Of a stretch of 64,000 bases of DNA, positions 13,961 to 27,200 are shown one piece after another. Below the pieces are notes generated by a model. The model saw only the letters and a list, made by a program, of their open reading frames with translations, was not told the DNA's origin and searched no databases. The stretch's first letter is position 1; each line of letters begins with the position of its first letter. The stretch is taken from assembly GCA_951406725.2 (NCBI GenBank), contig OX597815.1, positions 202,306,001 through 202,370,000 on the forward strand. The letters run 5' to 3'. The translations under genes were made by a program, and so were the position numbers. Origin of the DNA: Octopus vulgaris. Taxonomy: Eukaryota.

Positions 13961-14225
13961 TGCATACATTTAACAATTTAATCCAAAACGGTTTATTAAC
14001 TTTGGTATCACCGCAAAATATAAATATAAATAAACGTGTGTACGTTCACACATACCTAAGTAACAGTATAAAAAGGCATATACATATTCATATGTGCGCG
14101 TATATGGTTGTAGATGTGTGCATGTGTGTGGGCGCGTGCGTTTGTGTGTCTGTGTTTACGTATGTGTGTAGGCATGTCCCAGAGAACTTGGAAAATACAT
14201 ACATACATATGTGTGTGTGTGTGTG

Positions 14226-14320
14226 CGTTGAATACCGTAGGCTCGAAACGTAAAAAAACAGTCTCACCTTCCCGAGCGTCAAACAAATACATCTGGTTTA
14301 TACACCTGTCTTCGTCGTAT
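14226..14320 (+). mobile_element. Degenerate copy of the short hammerhead-bearing element (21545 family)
   Basis: gttgaa-taccgtaggctcgaaacgtaaaa...acacctgtcttcgtc aligns to 21590-21685. Confidence 0.7.
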
Positions 14321-14450
14321 GTGTATATATATATACACATACTTACACATATATATACCCACGAACGCACGCACAGTATCACTCACATATCTGTATATAC
14401 ATCTATATATATGAATACATAGATATAAATATATATAAACATATGCACAC

Positions 14451-14499
<49 letters not shown>

Positions 14500-14518
14500 T
14501 TTTATATATTTATTCATG

Positions 14519-14877
14519 CACTTGTTCCAGTCATTTGACTGGAGCCATGCTGGAGCACTGCTTTTCGTCGAACAAATCGCCTCCAGGACTTATGCTTTGT
14601 AAGCTTAGTGCTTATTCTAGTGGACTCTTTTGCTGAACCACTAAGTAACGCGGACGTAAACACACCAACATCGATTGTCAAGCGGTGATGGTTAGACAAG
14701 CACAGATACACACGCAAATACCTTCATATATACATATACGACTACTTTTAGTTTCCGTCTACCTAATTCACTCGTCCCCGAGCGATAGTAGAAAGAATTG
14801 ACCAAGCATCATGTAGTGGAGCTGAACCCAGAACCATGCGATTGGGAAGCAAGCTTCTTGGCAAACAGCACGCTGCA

Positions 14878-14880
<3 letters not shown>
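14519..14880 (-). mobile_element. SINE family A, diverged copy
   Basis: Recognisable tail and head with an internal deletion. Confidence 0.8.
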
Positions 14881-14947
<67 letters not shown>

Positions 14948-14979
14948 TATATGTAGACATATAGATAGATATAGCTATA

Positions 14980-15013
<34 letters not shown>

Positions 15014-15637
15014 AAAATATAAATAGATAGTTAGATATACATATATATATATATGCATATATAAATACAAATGCACACACACGTGTATATTCATACATAC
15101 ACAAACTAACACGTTCGCACACACACTCGTATATGTATTTCCATATCAAATCGTTTAGTTTTCGATATTTATTATTAAGTGTATAAATCTCAAAATTAAT
15201 ATAGTAGAAAAGATTTATTGATTTTTACTATTGAAAATGCTAATACCCTAAAACCAGATTTATAGTTATATGAAAAATATTTTATATTACATGTATAAAG
15301 AAAATATCTTCCTTGAACTATATTGAATAGCCACCGATCATTTCAGTTGTAACATTGTTATTTTAACCCCAAGCAACCGTAGCAAATATGCATATAATAT
15401 TCTCTGACAAATATGTGCAATAGCCCGCAGTGCCTTTGAAATATGAAAAGTCATTCTACACAACAATCGGTATTTATATATATAATGTTGATATTTTATT
15501 TCATTTTTAATTATTTTAAAATATGTCGTTGATTTACCCTGAAGCTTCGAACTTTTTATATGATACGACAACTGTAACAAAAGGAGAATCAAACACACAT
15601 AGGTATAGGCATGGACACCTACTTCGATCGGTATGTA

Positions 15638-15682
<45 letters not shown>

Positions 15683-16866
15683 CAAGGAGATACTACAGGC
15701 TTAAGTAAATATATATGGGAATTAAAATCTAGAAATATAGTGTACACTCCTATAATATTGTAATATTGGGAATAAAATGTGTTTATTATGCATAACTGAA
15801 TTTATGAAGCTACTACAGTCTACAGATGAATTAGTAAACATGCATGATGAGCGAGGAGTGAAATGTACGCCCCGAAATAATCTTATATTTAGTTAAATGA
15901 AGCACTGAACACCAAAATCCTGAATCAAATAATCACGCAGTTTTATTTCTAAATCACTTGAATAGACTATATAAAGTAATAAATAAAATATAAATAGATA
16001 AATGCAATAATTGAAATAAAATAGATATGTGAATTAAATATTACTAAAAATATATAATAACAAATTATATATACCTCCCAATATAGGTAAATTTGAAAAT
16101 AATAATATGGGATAATTTTAAATTAAAACTATGTATAGTGTAATTAACCCCCGTGGTACTAATCACCTATAAATACCCATAGTTCCCTGCAATCTTCTTC
16201 CTCAAATCACAGTTTTAATACCAGCATAAAAAGGAAGATAAGTATTTGAATTTTTCTTATATATCACATTTAAGCACAGACATTTTGATTCTGATGTTTA
16301 ATCTTATATCTCACATTCTGTATTTGACATATACTTGATTTTACATGATTGATATATATACTAATTCATATTTATAATGAAGAAATCATAAATTTTAATT
16401 CTTAATATTACAAAATATAATTTTTATTATTAATATTAAATTCGAAATTTGTTATCTTTAATGCTTAATCGTATTACTTAATTTTAAAGGGATGTAAAAT
16501 TAGATATATTTTGAAATGGAACCTGAAGATGGGTTGGAATAATTGCAAATCTGATGATTTCATATATGTATATTTATATATGTATATATATTTAGGTATA
16601 CAGTTGTGTGTATGTATATATAGTGTAATCTTCCAATACTGAAACACATGTAGTTCATATTTAATAAATATAAGTATTAACTAAATTAGGATTTATTTAA
16701 TGAAGTATATTATATACCCAGCTGGTAATTTTAGTTATATCCTTTAAGTATTATTTTGTGATGTGCAAACTGATATCATGAGTTTATCGTCAGATATACT
16801 TATTAGGATATTTTTGTATTATCTGAAATAGCATAGCAGCATGTCGATTAATCCCCCAAAATTGAA

Positions 16867-16870
<4 letters not shown>
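15683..16870 (+). mobile_element. 3' fragment of a Penelope-like element (GIY-YIG C-terminus plus pseudo-LTR)
   Basis: 15683-15896 translates, with a frameshift/deletion, to TTGLSKYIWELKSRN...GNKMCLLCITEFMKLL...LVNMHDERGVKC, homologous to STGLSKLIWDLK...KKFCLLCNSE...LVN...RC at 38345-38884; flanked by (TA)n. Confidence 0.8.
16519..16656 (+). ncRNA. Type I hammerhead ribozyme motif with long stem II
   Basis: Stem I gaac/gttc; core CTGAAGA at 16523-16529; stem II ttggaa..attgca/tgtaat..ttccaa; GAAA at 16641; stem III aCACATGt; cleavage triplet GUA. Confidence 0.7.
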
Positions 16871-16951
<81 letters not shown>

Positions 16952-17031
16952 GTAATTATTATTTTATATGTTTCAGCCCTAAGGTTGTGACCATGCGGCC
17001 ACGTATATATACATATATATATATATATATA

Positions 17032-17280
17032 TCACCTTGACCGACAAGTCCGTCGGGCGACCATTTGACACCGCTGGTCACAGCACGCTGTCCACTCCTC
17101 TCTGAACCGCGTCTTCCTCATCCACGTGATCCCAGTTGCCCTCCTGAAATTGCAACTCCACCCAAATGAATAAACGGCCCAGCTTGAGATACAGATGAGA
17201 ACAACAGTGTCAAATTCCCTCATATACGAAGTGGGCCATCATCCAAGGGAGAAAGCTCATACAGGAGTGATGATATGAAA
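17032..17280 (-). mobile_element. RTE-clade LINE 3' end
   Basis: Minus ORF ...W...FRRATGITWMRKTRFREEWTACCDQRC resembles RTE C-termini; ends in (TA)n. Confidence 0.6.
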
Positions 17281-17386
17281 TCTCACCGCACTGAAGAAAT
17301 ATGCCAAAGAAGAATTATATGTAAAAACATGGTGGTGCTTTAGCACGATTGCAACCAAGTCGCTGAAACGAATTAAGTTATATATT

Positions 17387-17419
<33 letters not shown>

Positions 17420-17677
17420 GTTGTGTTCTTGAGCAAGGCACTTTATTTCACGTTGCTCCAGTTCACTCAGCTGTAGAAATGAGTTGCGACGTCTCTGGTG
17501 CCAAGCTGTATCGACCTTGGTCTTTCCCTTTGATAACACTGGTGGCGTGGAGAGGGGAGGCTGGTATGCATGGGCGACTGCTGGTCTTACACAAACAACC
17601 TCGCCCGGACTTGTGTCTAGGAGGGTAACTTTCTAAGTGCAATCCCATGGTCTGTGTCGTGACCGAAGGGGGTCTCC
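17420..17677 (+). mobile_element. SINE family D (5'-truncated, CORE-like block)
   Basis: gttgtgttcttgagcaaggcacttt...ttgctccagttcactcagctg; (TA)n on both sides; an older relative at about 52950-53095. Confidence 0.65.
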
Positions 17678-17704
17678 GAATATATATATATATATATATA
17701 TATA

Positions 17705-19879
17705 AACACGCTCTAAACACGCTCCCAAGAAATCTACTAACACAAACAGAAACCGGCTCCCTAAAAAGAAAAAAACACTCATCAGGCGCATCAAAAGGCT
17801 CAACAAAAAAATCAACCAATTAAAATATTCCCACACACAACATCCACATTCAACAACAATGAAAAGACTAGAGCTGGAAAAACTTCATCTGCAGACGAAC
17901 ATGAAAACCTCCATTGAAAATCAAAGAGCTGTGGAGGAACAATGGGTAATCAAAAACATCAAAAAGACCCAAAAGTGTTCTATTCTTATGCAAATAAGCA
18001 TAGAACCACTGTCTCACCCATTGGGCCATTGATTGATGATAACGGCATTCCCCAACACGATGCTAAAGAAATGGCAGAAATACTGCAGAAACAATACTGC
18101 TCTGTCTTTAGTGTTCCCACTGATATTGACGTAAGGGAAACGAACGAAGTTGACTCCCAACACAAAATCTCAGACATAACCTTCACTGCCACCGACATCG
18201 TAGCAGCAATAAATGAGGTCAGACATTACTCTGCTGTAGGCCCTGATAGATTTCCCGCTAGTCTCCTGAAGGAATGTAGATACCAACTTGCAGTCCCTCT
18301 GACCAACCTCTGGAGAAATTCGTTAGACGCAGGTTATATACCGAAACAGTTTCTATCCCAGTCGGTCATCCCGGTTTTCAAACAGGGAAACAGATCCCTC
18401 GTAGTCAACTATCGCCCAATCTCACTCACCTCCCACATCATTAAAGTGTTTGAAAGAGTTTTAATATCAAGGATAGCTGACTTACTGGAGACCCACAAAC
18501 TCCTAAATGCAAATCAGCATGGCTTTCGCTGTGGCAGGGACTGTCTAACACAGCTCTTACACCACATTGACGATGTACTCAAAGCCTTGGGAACAGGTTC
18601 GAAATCTGACGTCATATATCTTGACTTCAGTAAAGCGTTCGACAGAGTAGACCATAACATCCTACTCTCAAAATTGGCAAATGTTGGAATCCGTGGAAAA
18701 GTTCTACACTGGATTAAGTATTTCCTGGCGAATAGAACACAACATGTTGTAGTTGATGGAGTCCACTCAAACCCAGCAAAAGTCACCAGCGGTGTTCCCC
18801 AGGGAACTGTTTTGGGTCCGCTACTCTTCATAATTTACATAAATGACCTTTCCAGTGTCGTACATTACTGCAAAGTGAAAATATTTCCTGATGACACTAA
18901 GCTCCAGCAAATCGTCAATGAAGAAGCAGACCGAACTCAACTCCAGTCTGATCTATATGCTGTGAGTCAATGGGCAGACAGAAACAAAATGCAACTGAAT
19001 GAGGGAAAATTTGAGCTGATGCATTTTGGAAGAAATTCCTCACTAAAACAACCATACTCTCTTCCTTCAGGGGAACCGCTCACAGCCTCTAACAATATCA
19101 GAGACCTGGGTGTAATTGTTGATGACGATCTCAGTTGGAGTGCACACATCAACAAGAAGGTCGATGTAGCTCGTAGGATGAGTTCCTGGATCTTAAGAAC
19201 TTTCCGTTCCAGAGAACAAGGTGTCATCATACCACTTTTTTCCTCCTTTGTACGGCCACACCTTGAATACTGCTGCCCACTGTGGTCTCCTCACACAAGA
19301 CAAAACATCTCCAGAATTGAGTCACCCCAGAGGGCACTCACTAAACATATTGAAGGCATGGCTGCTCTCGATTATTGGGATCGCCTTAAAGCCTTGAAAC
19401 TTTACTCCCTCCAGCGTCGCCGTGAGCGGTACATCATTTGTACGATGTGAAAAATATACCGCCAACTTTGCCCAAACGACCTAAACATTAGCTTCAAGGT
19501 TCATCCAAGACTTGGACCACGGGCTATACGTCCCCTGCCAAATTCAAGATCACAACATACATGTACACTGCAACATAATTTCTTTTCCTCAACAGGCCCT
19601 GCCCTATTTAACATTGTCCCGAGGGAGATCAAAGAGGAAAAGGATCCCATCAACTTTAAACAGAGTCTGGATAGATTCCTTCAAAGAATACCAGATAAGC
19701 CACCCATAATTGGATACAACTCACCCAACAAGAACTCACTACTTGAACAAAACTTGACTTAAACAAAACTTGACTTAAACAGGATTCGAATAATCCTATC
19801 AGGTGGTGCTATTAAGTTAGACATGGCTTGGACCAATCCTTGGTCGAAACATATCTAAGTTTATCTAAGTCTAAGTTTA

Positions 19880-19880
<1 letters not shown>
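17705..19880 (+). mobile_element. 5'-truncated CR1-clade LINE inserted in (TA)n
   Basis: RT ORF plus 3' UTR hairpins plus (TTTATCTAAG)n tail; (TA)n on both flanks; no endonuclease domain. Confidence 0.93.
17942..19762 (+). pseudogene. CR1-type ORF2 reverse transcriptase (disabled)
   Basis: YRPISLTS, QHGFR, YLDFSKAFD, SGVPQGTVLGPLLF, FPDD (for F/YADD), LEYCCPLWSP, LYSLQRRRER; premature TGA at 19448 (TGG in the 59.6-60.2 kb copy); frame continues to TAA at 19760-19762. Confidence 0.92.
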
Positions 19881-19936
<56 letters not shown>

Positions 19937-20468
19937 ATATATATAAAAAGAAATAGATAGATATATGTACATATATGTAGATATACATACATAATACGAA
20001 AGCATATATGCTTTTTCAAATTTCGTGTCTCCTTTACTGTTTCCCTTAATATTGCAATACATAGTGAGAATATTATTAAAGCTGTGCGAATATCGAGAAA
20101 CAATATAATTATCAATTCGTGTTAGGTCTTACTAAAATATTTTAATACATTTCTATTAGTGCAGTTCAGTTTGACAGCGGCGTCTCTTAGAGTAACGCAC
20201 GATAAACAAAAATAAAATATATTTAAGTTTAAGCGAATGTTACATAAACGATATTTTGTTATGGTTTTCGCATTGTTTTATTGGATAACATGTTACATTA
20301 TTTGGACTAACTAATAACAAATATGTTTCAAAGAGAATGATTACCTCTCTTGCAAATGTATTTCATGTATAAGAGAGTATACTATAGGCATAAATATCAG
20401 CATGTACACTAGAACAAAGTTACACATAACTTAACATTTATTCTCATATAGGCTAACTCACACACAAG

Positions 20469-20750
<282 letters not shown>

Positions 20751-21376
20751 TATATTTATAATGTTAGGAAAGATAAGAATTTCAATGAAATATGCTGTTT
20801 GCAAAATATTGTTATTATCATTCAATCTGCTCTCACGGAGAACGTGTAAGTGGGAAATATATCAAGATTAAATTTCAGATTATAGATTATTTAGATAAAT
20901 GATTCTAAATCTTTCACACTTTCTGCAAGTTGGAATAAATCGTTGAGTATAACATATATTTTTTTTTGTAAGTAAAAGTATAAAAGTTAATAATATATTA
21001 TGATATACTTTTGTTGGCACACATACATACACACGCATATGAATTTATTTCATAGGAAATTCAGCCAAATAAATTACGATTTATCTCAATTCATTTGATG
21101 ATAAACGAATATCATGGAAGAGATACAAACACACCTATGTAATCACGGCAATATGCATCGAAAATACAGAAACACAGATACATGCACGTATACATACATA
21201 CAAGCGCAGATGAGTATTCGTTCATAATCTTCTTTCATAAAATCTCACTATATAGATACTACGAAAGTTTTATTGGAAGTATTAACCGAAATGATGCTCC
21301 ATATATAGAAGCATTTCTACATGTATAGAATACTTTTCTATGTATAGAAGTAATCTTTTATGCACAGAAGTACTGT

Positions 21377-21407
<31 letters not shown>

Positions 21408-21414
21408 ATGTGTA

Positions 21415-21450
<36 letters not shown>

Positions 21451-21544
21451 CACACACACACACATATGTATATATATATATATACATACATATATATATA
21501 GATATGTATATATAACATATATATCTATTTATATTATATATATT

Positions 21545-21712
21545 TTTCTGTCCTTTTTTTCTCTCCTTGTTTTTTCTGTGTCCCTTTCTGTAGAAGAGCG
21601 TAGGCTCGAAACGTAAAAGACTTTTCCTATTCCTGCACGTTATACTAATACATCTGTTTGTTTTATACACCACCTGTCTTCGTCTTTGTTTTTTTTCGTA
21701 AACTCTCCCTAT
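21545..21712 (+). mobile_element. Short non-coding hammerhead-bearing element (PLE terminal-repeat-like), family H1
   Basis: About 170 bp between TA repeats; copies at 62321-62475 (-), 31748-31812 (-) and 14226-14320. Confidence 0.8.
21584..21619 (+). ncRNA. Minimal hammerhead motif, A6U core variant
   Basis: cttt CTGTAGA a GAGC gtag GCTC GAAA CG TA aaag: stem I cttt/aaag, stem II GAGC/GCTC, palindromic stem III ACGT. Confidence 0.65.
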
Positions 21713-22844
21713 ATATATATATAAAAGTACTACCACATATATAGCTGGAAATTTTGGGAAGTCATCTAAGTTCGAAAATAAGGGTACCGGTAGTAACTCT
21801 CACTGAATTATATGTATTTTTCCTATTTTGCATTCCTATATAGCAAAATATCATATTATCGTGTATTGATATAAAATTTATTGTTTATAGACGCCCAATT
21901 AATTAGTCGAATATATCACTTTCATTGAATGTCCTACTGGCTTGCTCCCAGGTGTGCTTCCTGCTAACACTTACGGTGTAGGTCATAATTTCTTATTAAA
22001 AGTGAAGAATATTTCGTTTCCCAACTCCAAACTAATCTTTGAGATATGACATACAATTATTGTGTTTTATTATCGTCAACGCCTCATAAATTCCCAAACG
22101 TTAACAATTCATTACAAATATTACAAATTTTTAAAGCAGCTTCATATTATTTCCTCAGTGCATAACATTACTGTACTTATGAAAGTAGGAGATGAAAAGT
22201 GATATTCGGGTATTAGACATCGGGGTGGCAGTGGTGGAGGGATTGTTCATGCATTTGCATAGATCTAGAGGTATTCGTTTCCTGTTTCAATATGAACTGA
22301 ATGAAGCATAAAGTTCTCTTTATCATAAGCACTTTGCTGGCGTCTAAACAATTAAAGAGACGAAAGCAATAAGGGAATCAAATATAACTTGAAAAGCAAA
22401 GGTAAATTTTAAATGCTAACCACCAGGTGTATATAAGGCATAGAAATATGATCTTGAGTGTAGGCGAATTCAATTTCAATTATGATGTGCCAGTATATTT
22501 GAAATATTTGATCATAGTATGGTTTTACTGTCGCATAAGGACACAACTAAATTAATTAATTTTGAGGGGTGTTGAATTGTAACATTTTAGGGTTAAAAGG
22601 TATTTGTAAAGCAGTGATATAGCTGAAATATGTTGGTGAACCACTGAGTTATACACTTTCTTAAACCCTTAATTTCCATTAAACATATGAAAGTGATTAA
22701 TTTTCCCTCACCATTTTCTTTCATTCTTTCTCTTTCCCTTTATTTCTCTCTTTCACGCTCTCTCTCTCTCTCTTTCTTTCCCTTGCTTTTTATATATACA
22801 TTCATGGCTATGCTGTGAGTGCGGCTGCATTAATGTGAGGAAAA

Positions 22845-22941
22845 TAACTTAGAATCAGTTTTTAATCATCCATTATTAACTTAGAATCGGTTTTTAATCA
22901 TCCATTATTAACTTAGAATCAGTTTTTAATCATCTATTATA
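22845..22941. repeat. 32-bp minisatellite, 3 copies
   Basis: taacttagaatcagtttttaatcatccattat at 22845, 22877 and 22909. Confidence 0.92.
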
Positions 22942-22957
22942 CCTATTACATTATGTG

Positions 22958-23172
22958 AAGACCGGCGAGCTGGCAGAAACCTTAGCACGCTGGGCGAAAT
23001 GCGTAGCCGTATTTCGTCTGCCGTTACGTTCTGAGTTCAAATTCCGCCGAGGTCGACATTGCCTTTCATCCTTTCGAGGTCGATAAATTAAGTACCAGTT
23101 ACGCACTGGGGTCGATATCTGTCCTTGTTTGCCTGCTCTGTGTTAAGCCCCTTGTGGGTAGTAAAGAAATAA
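22958..23172 (+). mobile_element. SINE family C
   Basis: Matches the 11154 and 57041 copies. Confidence 0.9.
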
Positions 23173-23614
23173 TTATTAAACTGGATATGAGAATATATTG
23201 CTAAAATAATTACTACGACGATTTTAAATCTGCATCCATGAGAAACAGGATTCGAAAGATTACTCCATCCTCTACCAAACTCAATAACATACATCACCCT
23301 TACGCATGGAAATAAATAAAATCACATGGAAAGAGTGAAGATCATTTTAGTAACCAAGTGATTTAGGACATGTAAAAAATAATTTAAGTAAAAATTAAGA
23401 CAGGGTGAATGAATATCACGAAAACAAATAAATAAACACATTACTATAAAGAAGGGAAAGCGGCAGGCAAAGAAGAAAGAGGAAAACACAAAAGAGGAAC
23501 AGAGCAAGGTGGAAGACAGGAGAAAACGAGAAGGGAGAAGAAAACGAAAAAAAGAGAGATTTGAGATAAGCTAGAGAGATTATAATAGTTACATCTGATA
23601 AATTGTGCGAAATA

Positions 23615-23790
23615 TTGGTTTTAAATTTAGGCAGAAGGCCAATTGCATCGACCTCGGTGCTAGATTGGTGCTTATTTTGTCAACCTTAACATAATAAAAG
23701 GTATAGTCGGTCTCGGCGGAATTTCAACTTGGAACGTAAAGACGTATGAAACGTCGCTAATTATTTTGCCCAGCGCGGTAACAACTCTGA
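23615..23790 (-). mobile_element. SINE family C, old diverged copy
   Basis: ctcggcggaatttcaact...acgtaaagacg...ttttgcccagcg aligns to the reverse complement of family C. Confidence 0.6.
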
Positions 23791-23989
23791 TAGACAATAG
23801 ACACAGTTCATAGAGGAGGTGGAAATGATTAGAAATCATGCAGTACATAGGAACCTAAATTTATTAATGGTGAAATGTGTATTGGAGATAAAATTTTATA
23901 AAATGAAATAAAACGGACACAGAAACCATTACAAATATATTGCTTAAAATAAAACGGCCGACATTCACTGCCATATATACAGTAATATG

Positions 23990-24283
23990 TGGAGGCGCAA
24001 TGGCCTAGTGGTTAGGGCAGCGGACTCGCGGTCGTAGGATCGCGGTTTCGATTTCCAGACCGGGCGTTGTGAGTGTTTATTGAGCGAAAACACCTAAATA
24101 GCTCCACGATGCTCCGGCAGGGGGTGGTGATCCCTGCTGTACTCTTTCACCACTCTTTCTCCCACTCTTTCTTCTGTTGGCCTGCGGGGTGGCGTCATTC
24201 GAAGGCTAAAACAATGCGAACGCATTGTGACCAGCGATGTGTAACTACATCTGATTGACTGGTCGGTCACGTGATGGTGATAT
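23990..24283 (+). mobile_element. SINE with family B head and RTE-like tail
   Basis: Family B head; tail tgtgaccagcgatgtg...ggtcggtcacgtgat; TSD atatacagta. Confidence 0.87.
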
Positions 24284-27200
24284 ACAGTACTATATGACGC
24301 TCTAAATATATTTGCAACATAACCCTGCAATTCTGATGCTTACACAATGATTTGTTTAATTTTCAAATTTGGAGTAAACGAATCTCTTCACGAAAACCAT
24401 TGTTACATCCAATATTATTGAGCTTGCAGAAAGCAGCCTTATATTAGAAATAAATGAGATGTAAATTAATTGTTCCCTCTGAAACAATTCAATGTTTTCT
24501 TTCCTCTTACAAATTTTAGGTATTACCTAGATAATGAAACACCCCATTTTGAGCACATCTAAGAAGCACACTGATTTGCATGTTGTAAAATATAAACAAT
24601 ATTTGTATAGTGTGTTTTGTTTAATCAACGAGACATACTTAAAAGGAAAGCAGCGAAAGAGAGCAAGTGTGATAAAAAGAAGACACAGACAGAATATTTA
24701 TTATAAATATTTGAAATCTAGTATATTTCAATGCATTATATCCATTTGTAGTCTTGATAATACCACTATTGATAAATTTTTGATACGTAGAACATAAAAA
24801 GTAAATAGATCAATAAGTAAAGGGCAGCATTAATTTTAAACCATTGTCGTAAAATCAATTATTCTGCCAATAGCATAGAAATCAGTTTTCAATAGATTTC
24901 TCTAATGGACATCTATTCAAAAATGCTGATTTCTTTTTTTGTTAAATAATTTTTCTTCATAAATTTCTATTACCTATTTGTATCAACTATATGAATGAAG
25001 TATATTTATCGACTATGATTTCAGACATGTGTCTATATATCCGTTAGATGGTCTGCTATGACAGAATATAAAATTGATAACATAAATAGGTGTCCATTAT
25101 AATAACACATAAATTTCCGTCTTATTTTTATTTTCCATCAAAGCATTCCAGACTGAATTCAAATCACGTTATTTTTTTACAACAAAATAATTACATGTTG
25201 CTTTTTTCATTTATTTACTTGCTTTCTTGTACTAAGCTCGCAATTTCTTTTTAAATTTTCAATCTCGAAAGATTTGTACGTTTTTGCAATTAAAAATAGA
25301 GTTGAATCAATTTGTACAACAATCAGTGTATTGAAATACAATATCAGACACAGTTTCATGTATGTCATATTGTCTGTTTGTAAATATATCTTACAAGTAA
25401 AGAATCACAAAAGACAAAAGTAAATCGTAACGAAATGCATTTGTTTAAACAAACATCAATCTTTTCAATAATATCCTTATTTACACACATACACAAGCAC
25501 AAACATATATATATATATATATAGACAAATCCACTCACGCTTATGTACAAAGCACACACATACACGTGTGTGTGTGTTTATGTATGTGTGCATGTGTGTG
25601 AGGGCATGCGTGTGTATGCGTGTGTGTATGTATGTATGTATGTATGTATGCTTGTAAATACTTGTATATATATATACGGACAAATATGCACACGCACACA
25701 CTTATATACTTAGGTTAGATTTATTGACGTAAATTTATTAATGTGTCGGCGATCACACCAAATATTTACTGTGAGTGCTCAATAACATTTATTCATTATA
25801 TTTCACACTAGCGCCTATTCTTTCAATATCAACACACGTTTACTCATACATACTCATACGTAAACACATTCATGCATACATCCATTCCGAGTATGTGTGT
25901 GTGTTTTGTATGTTTGTATGTGATGTGTGTGTGAGAGAGAGAGAGAAAGAGAGAGTGTTTTTGGCGGGGTACATGTGTGTATCAGGTCGAGTGTAAGCTT
26001 GTATGTATATGTATAGAATTGCATTGCTGCACTTGGACAAGAAATAATGAAACTCGAAACCAGTTATTTATTTCACGAATGAACGTCCTTTTTGCCACCC
26101 ACATCAACAAAACCCTGTCCTTCCCCAGTTTAGAATATATTAAAAAAAATATTTGTAATCTATATTCTTTTAAAATGTATCGCCTTGTTTGTAAAACACT
26201 TCCTTTTCGTTAATTCAGGTTGAGCATTTGTATAACGACGATTAATGCACGCACGGATAACACATGTTATTCATGTAGTGTTTCTCCATGACTATTATTC
26301 TTGCTGATATTATTTTTCTAAGATAAAATAGTATAATTTGTGTGATGTGTGACATCTGCTTCAATAGATGAAGCGGTCCTGAAAAGTTTTCATCTGATTC
26401 TATATTGCCGATTTGCAACATACCTACTCTTAACTAGAAAATGTTTCAAGAACTGGCGTTCCATGTATGGTCTTAACATCATTTTATATATCAGCGAAAT
26501 CATTATCTTATGGTCCATAAAGTTCCCTATGATTCACCCATTTTACCAAGTTTATCACCGACTCCAAAATTTAAAAAAAGAAGGTAGCGTATCATTTGAG
26601 TAAGACTTAATTGTTATATTTTGTACCTGTCAATGCCATGGTAACGAACTGATAACTACAGATCCCAGCAAAACGTACACCAAAACATTTTCCCGCGCAC
26701 ACACTAACATGCATATACGCATACAACTATAAGATGTGTAAATATAGTGTCCTTGTCCTTGTTCATGCTAACACCTTTCTAATTTATATTGCGTATATTT
26801 AAGTTTTTGGCATAATTTTCGTTGAATAGGTACGGACAAAAGCACTGCCCAAAACGTTCTCCTGCTACGGTGGATATTTAGAAATAACGCTTTGTAGGAT
26901 ATACCCTGTCCCGAATGCAGTCAATATATTTATAGCCGTTGAAATATATATACATACATACATATATATATATCATACCGTATCATATTATATAAATGTG
27001 GTACTTATTAATTCGGTTTCCTTTGCCAAACTACTATGTCATGAACAACAACTGTTCAAGCGGTTGGAGAACAAAGACATAGAGATACACAAATATATAT
27101 ATATATACGTGTGTGTGTGTGTGCGTGTGTGTATGTGTGTGCGCGTGTGTCTGTGTGTGTGTAATATAGGCATCCACACAGTTTATGTCTACCAAATTGT

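Noticed and set aside
19815-19860. Hammerhead at the CR1 3' end (hairpin plus GAAAC)
   Set aside because: No CUGANGA-like core before the hairpin; treated as a LINE 3' recognition structure
22845-22941. CRISPR-like periodic repeat (also 59672-59800)
   Set aside because: Contiguous tandem units with no unique spacers, eukaryotic context, no cas genes
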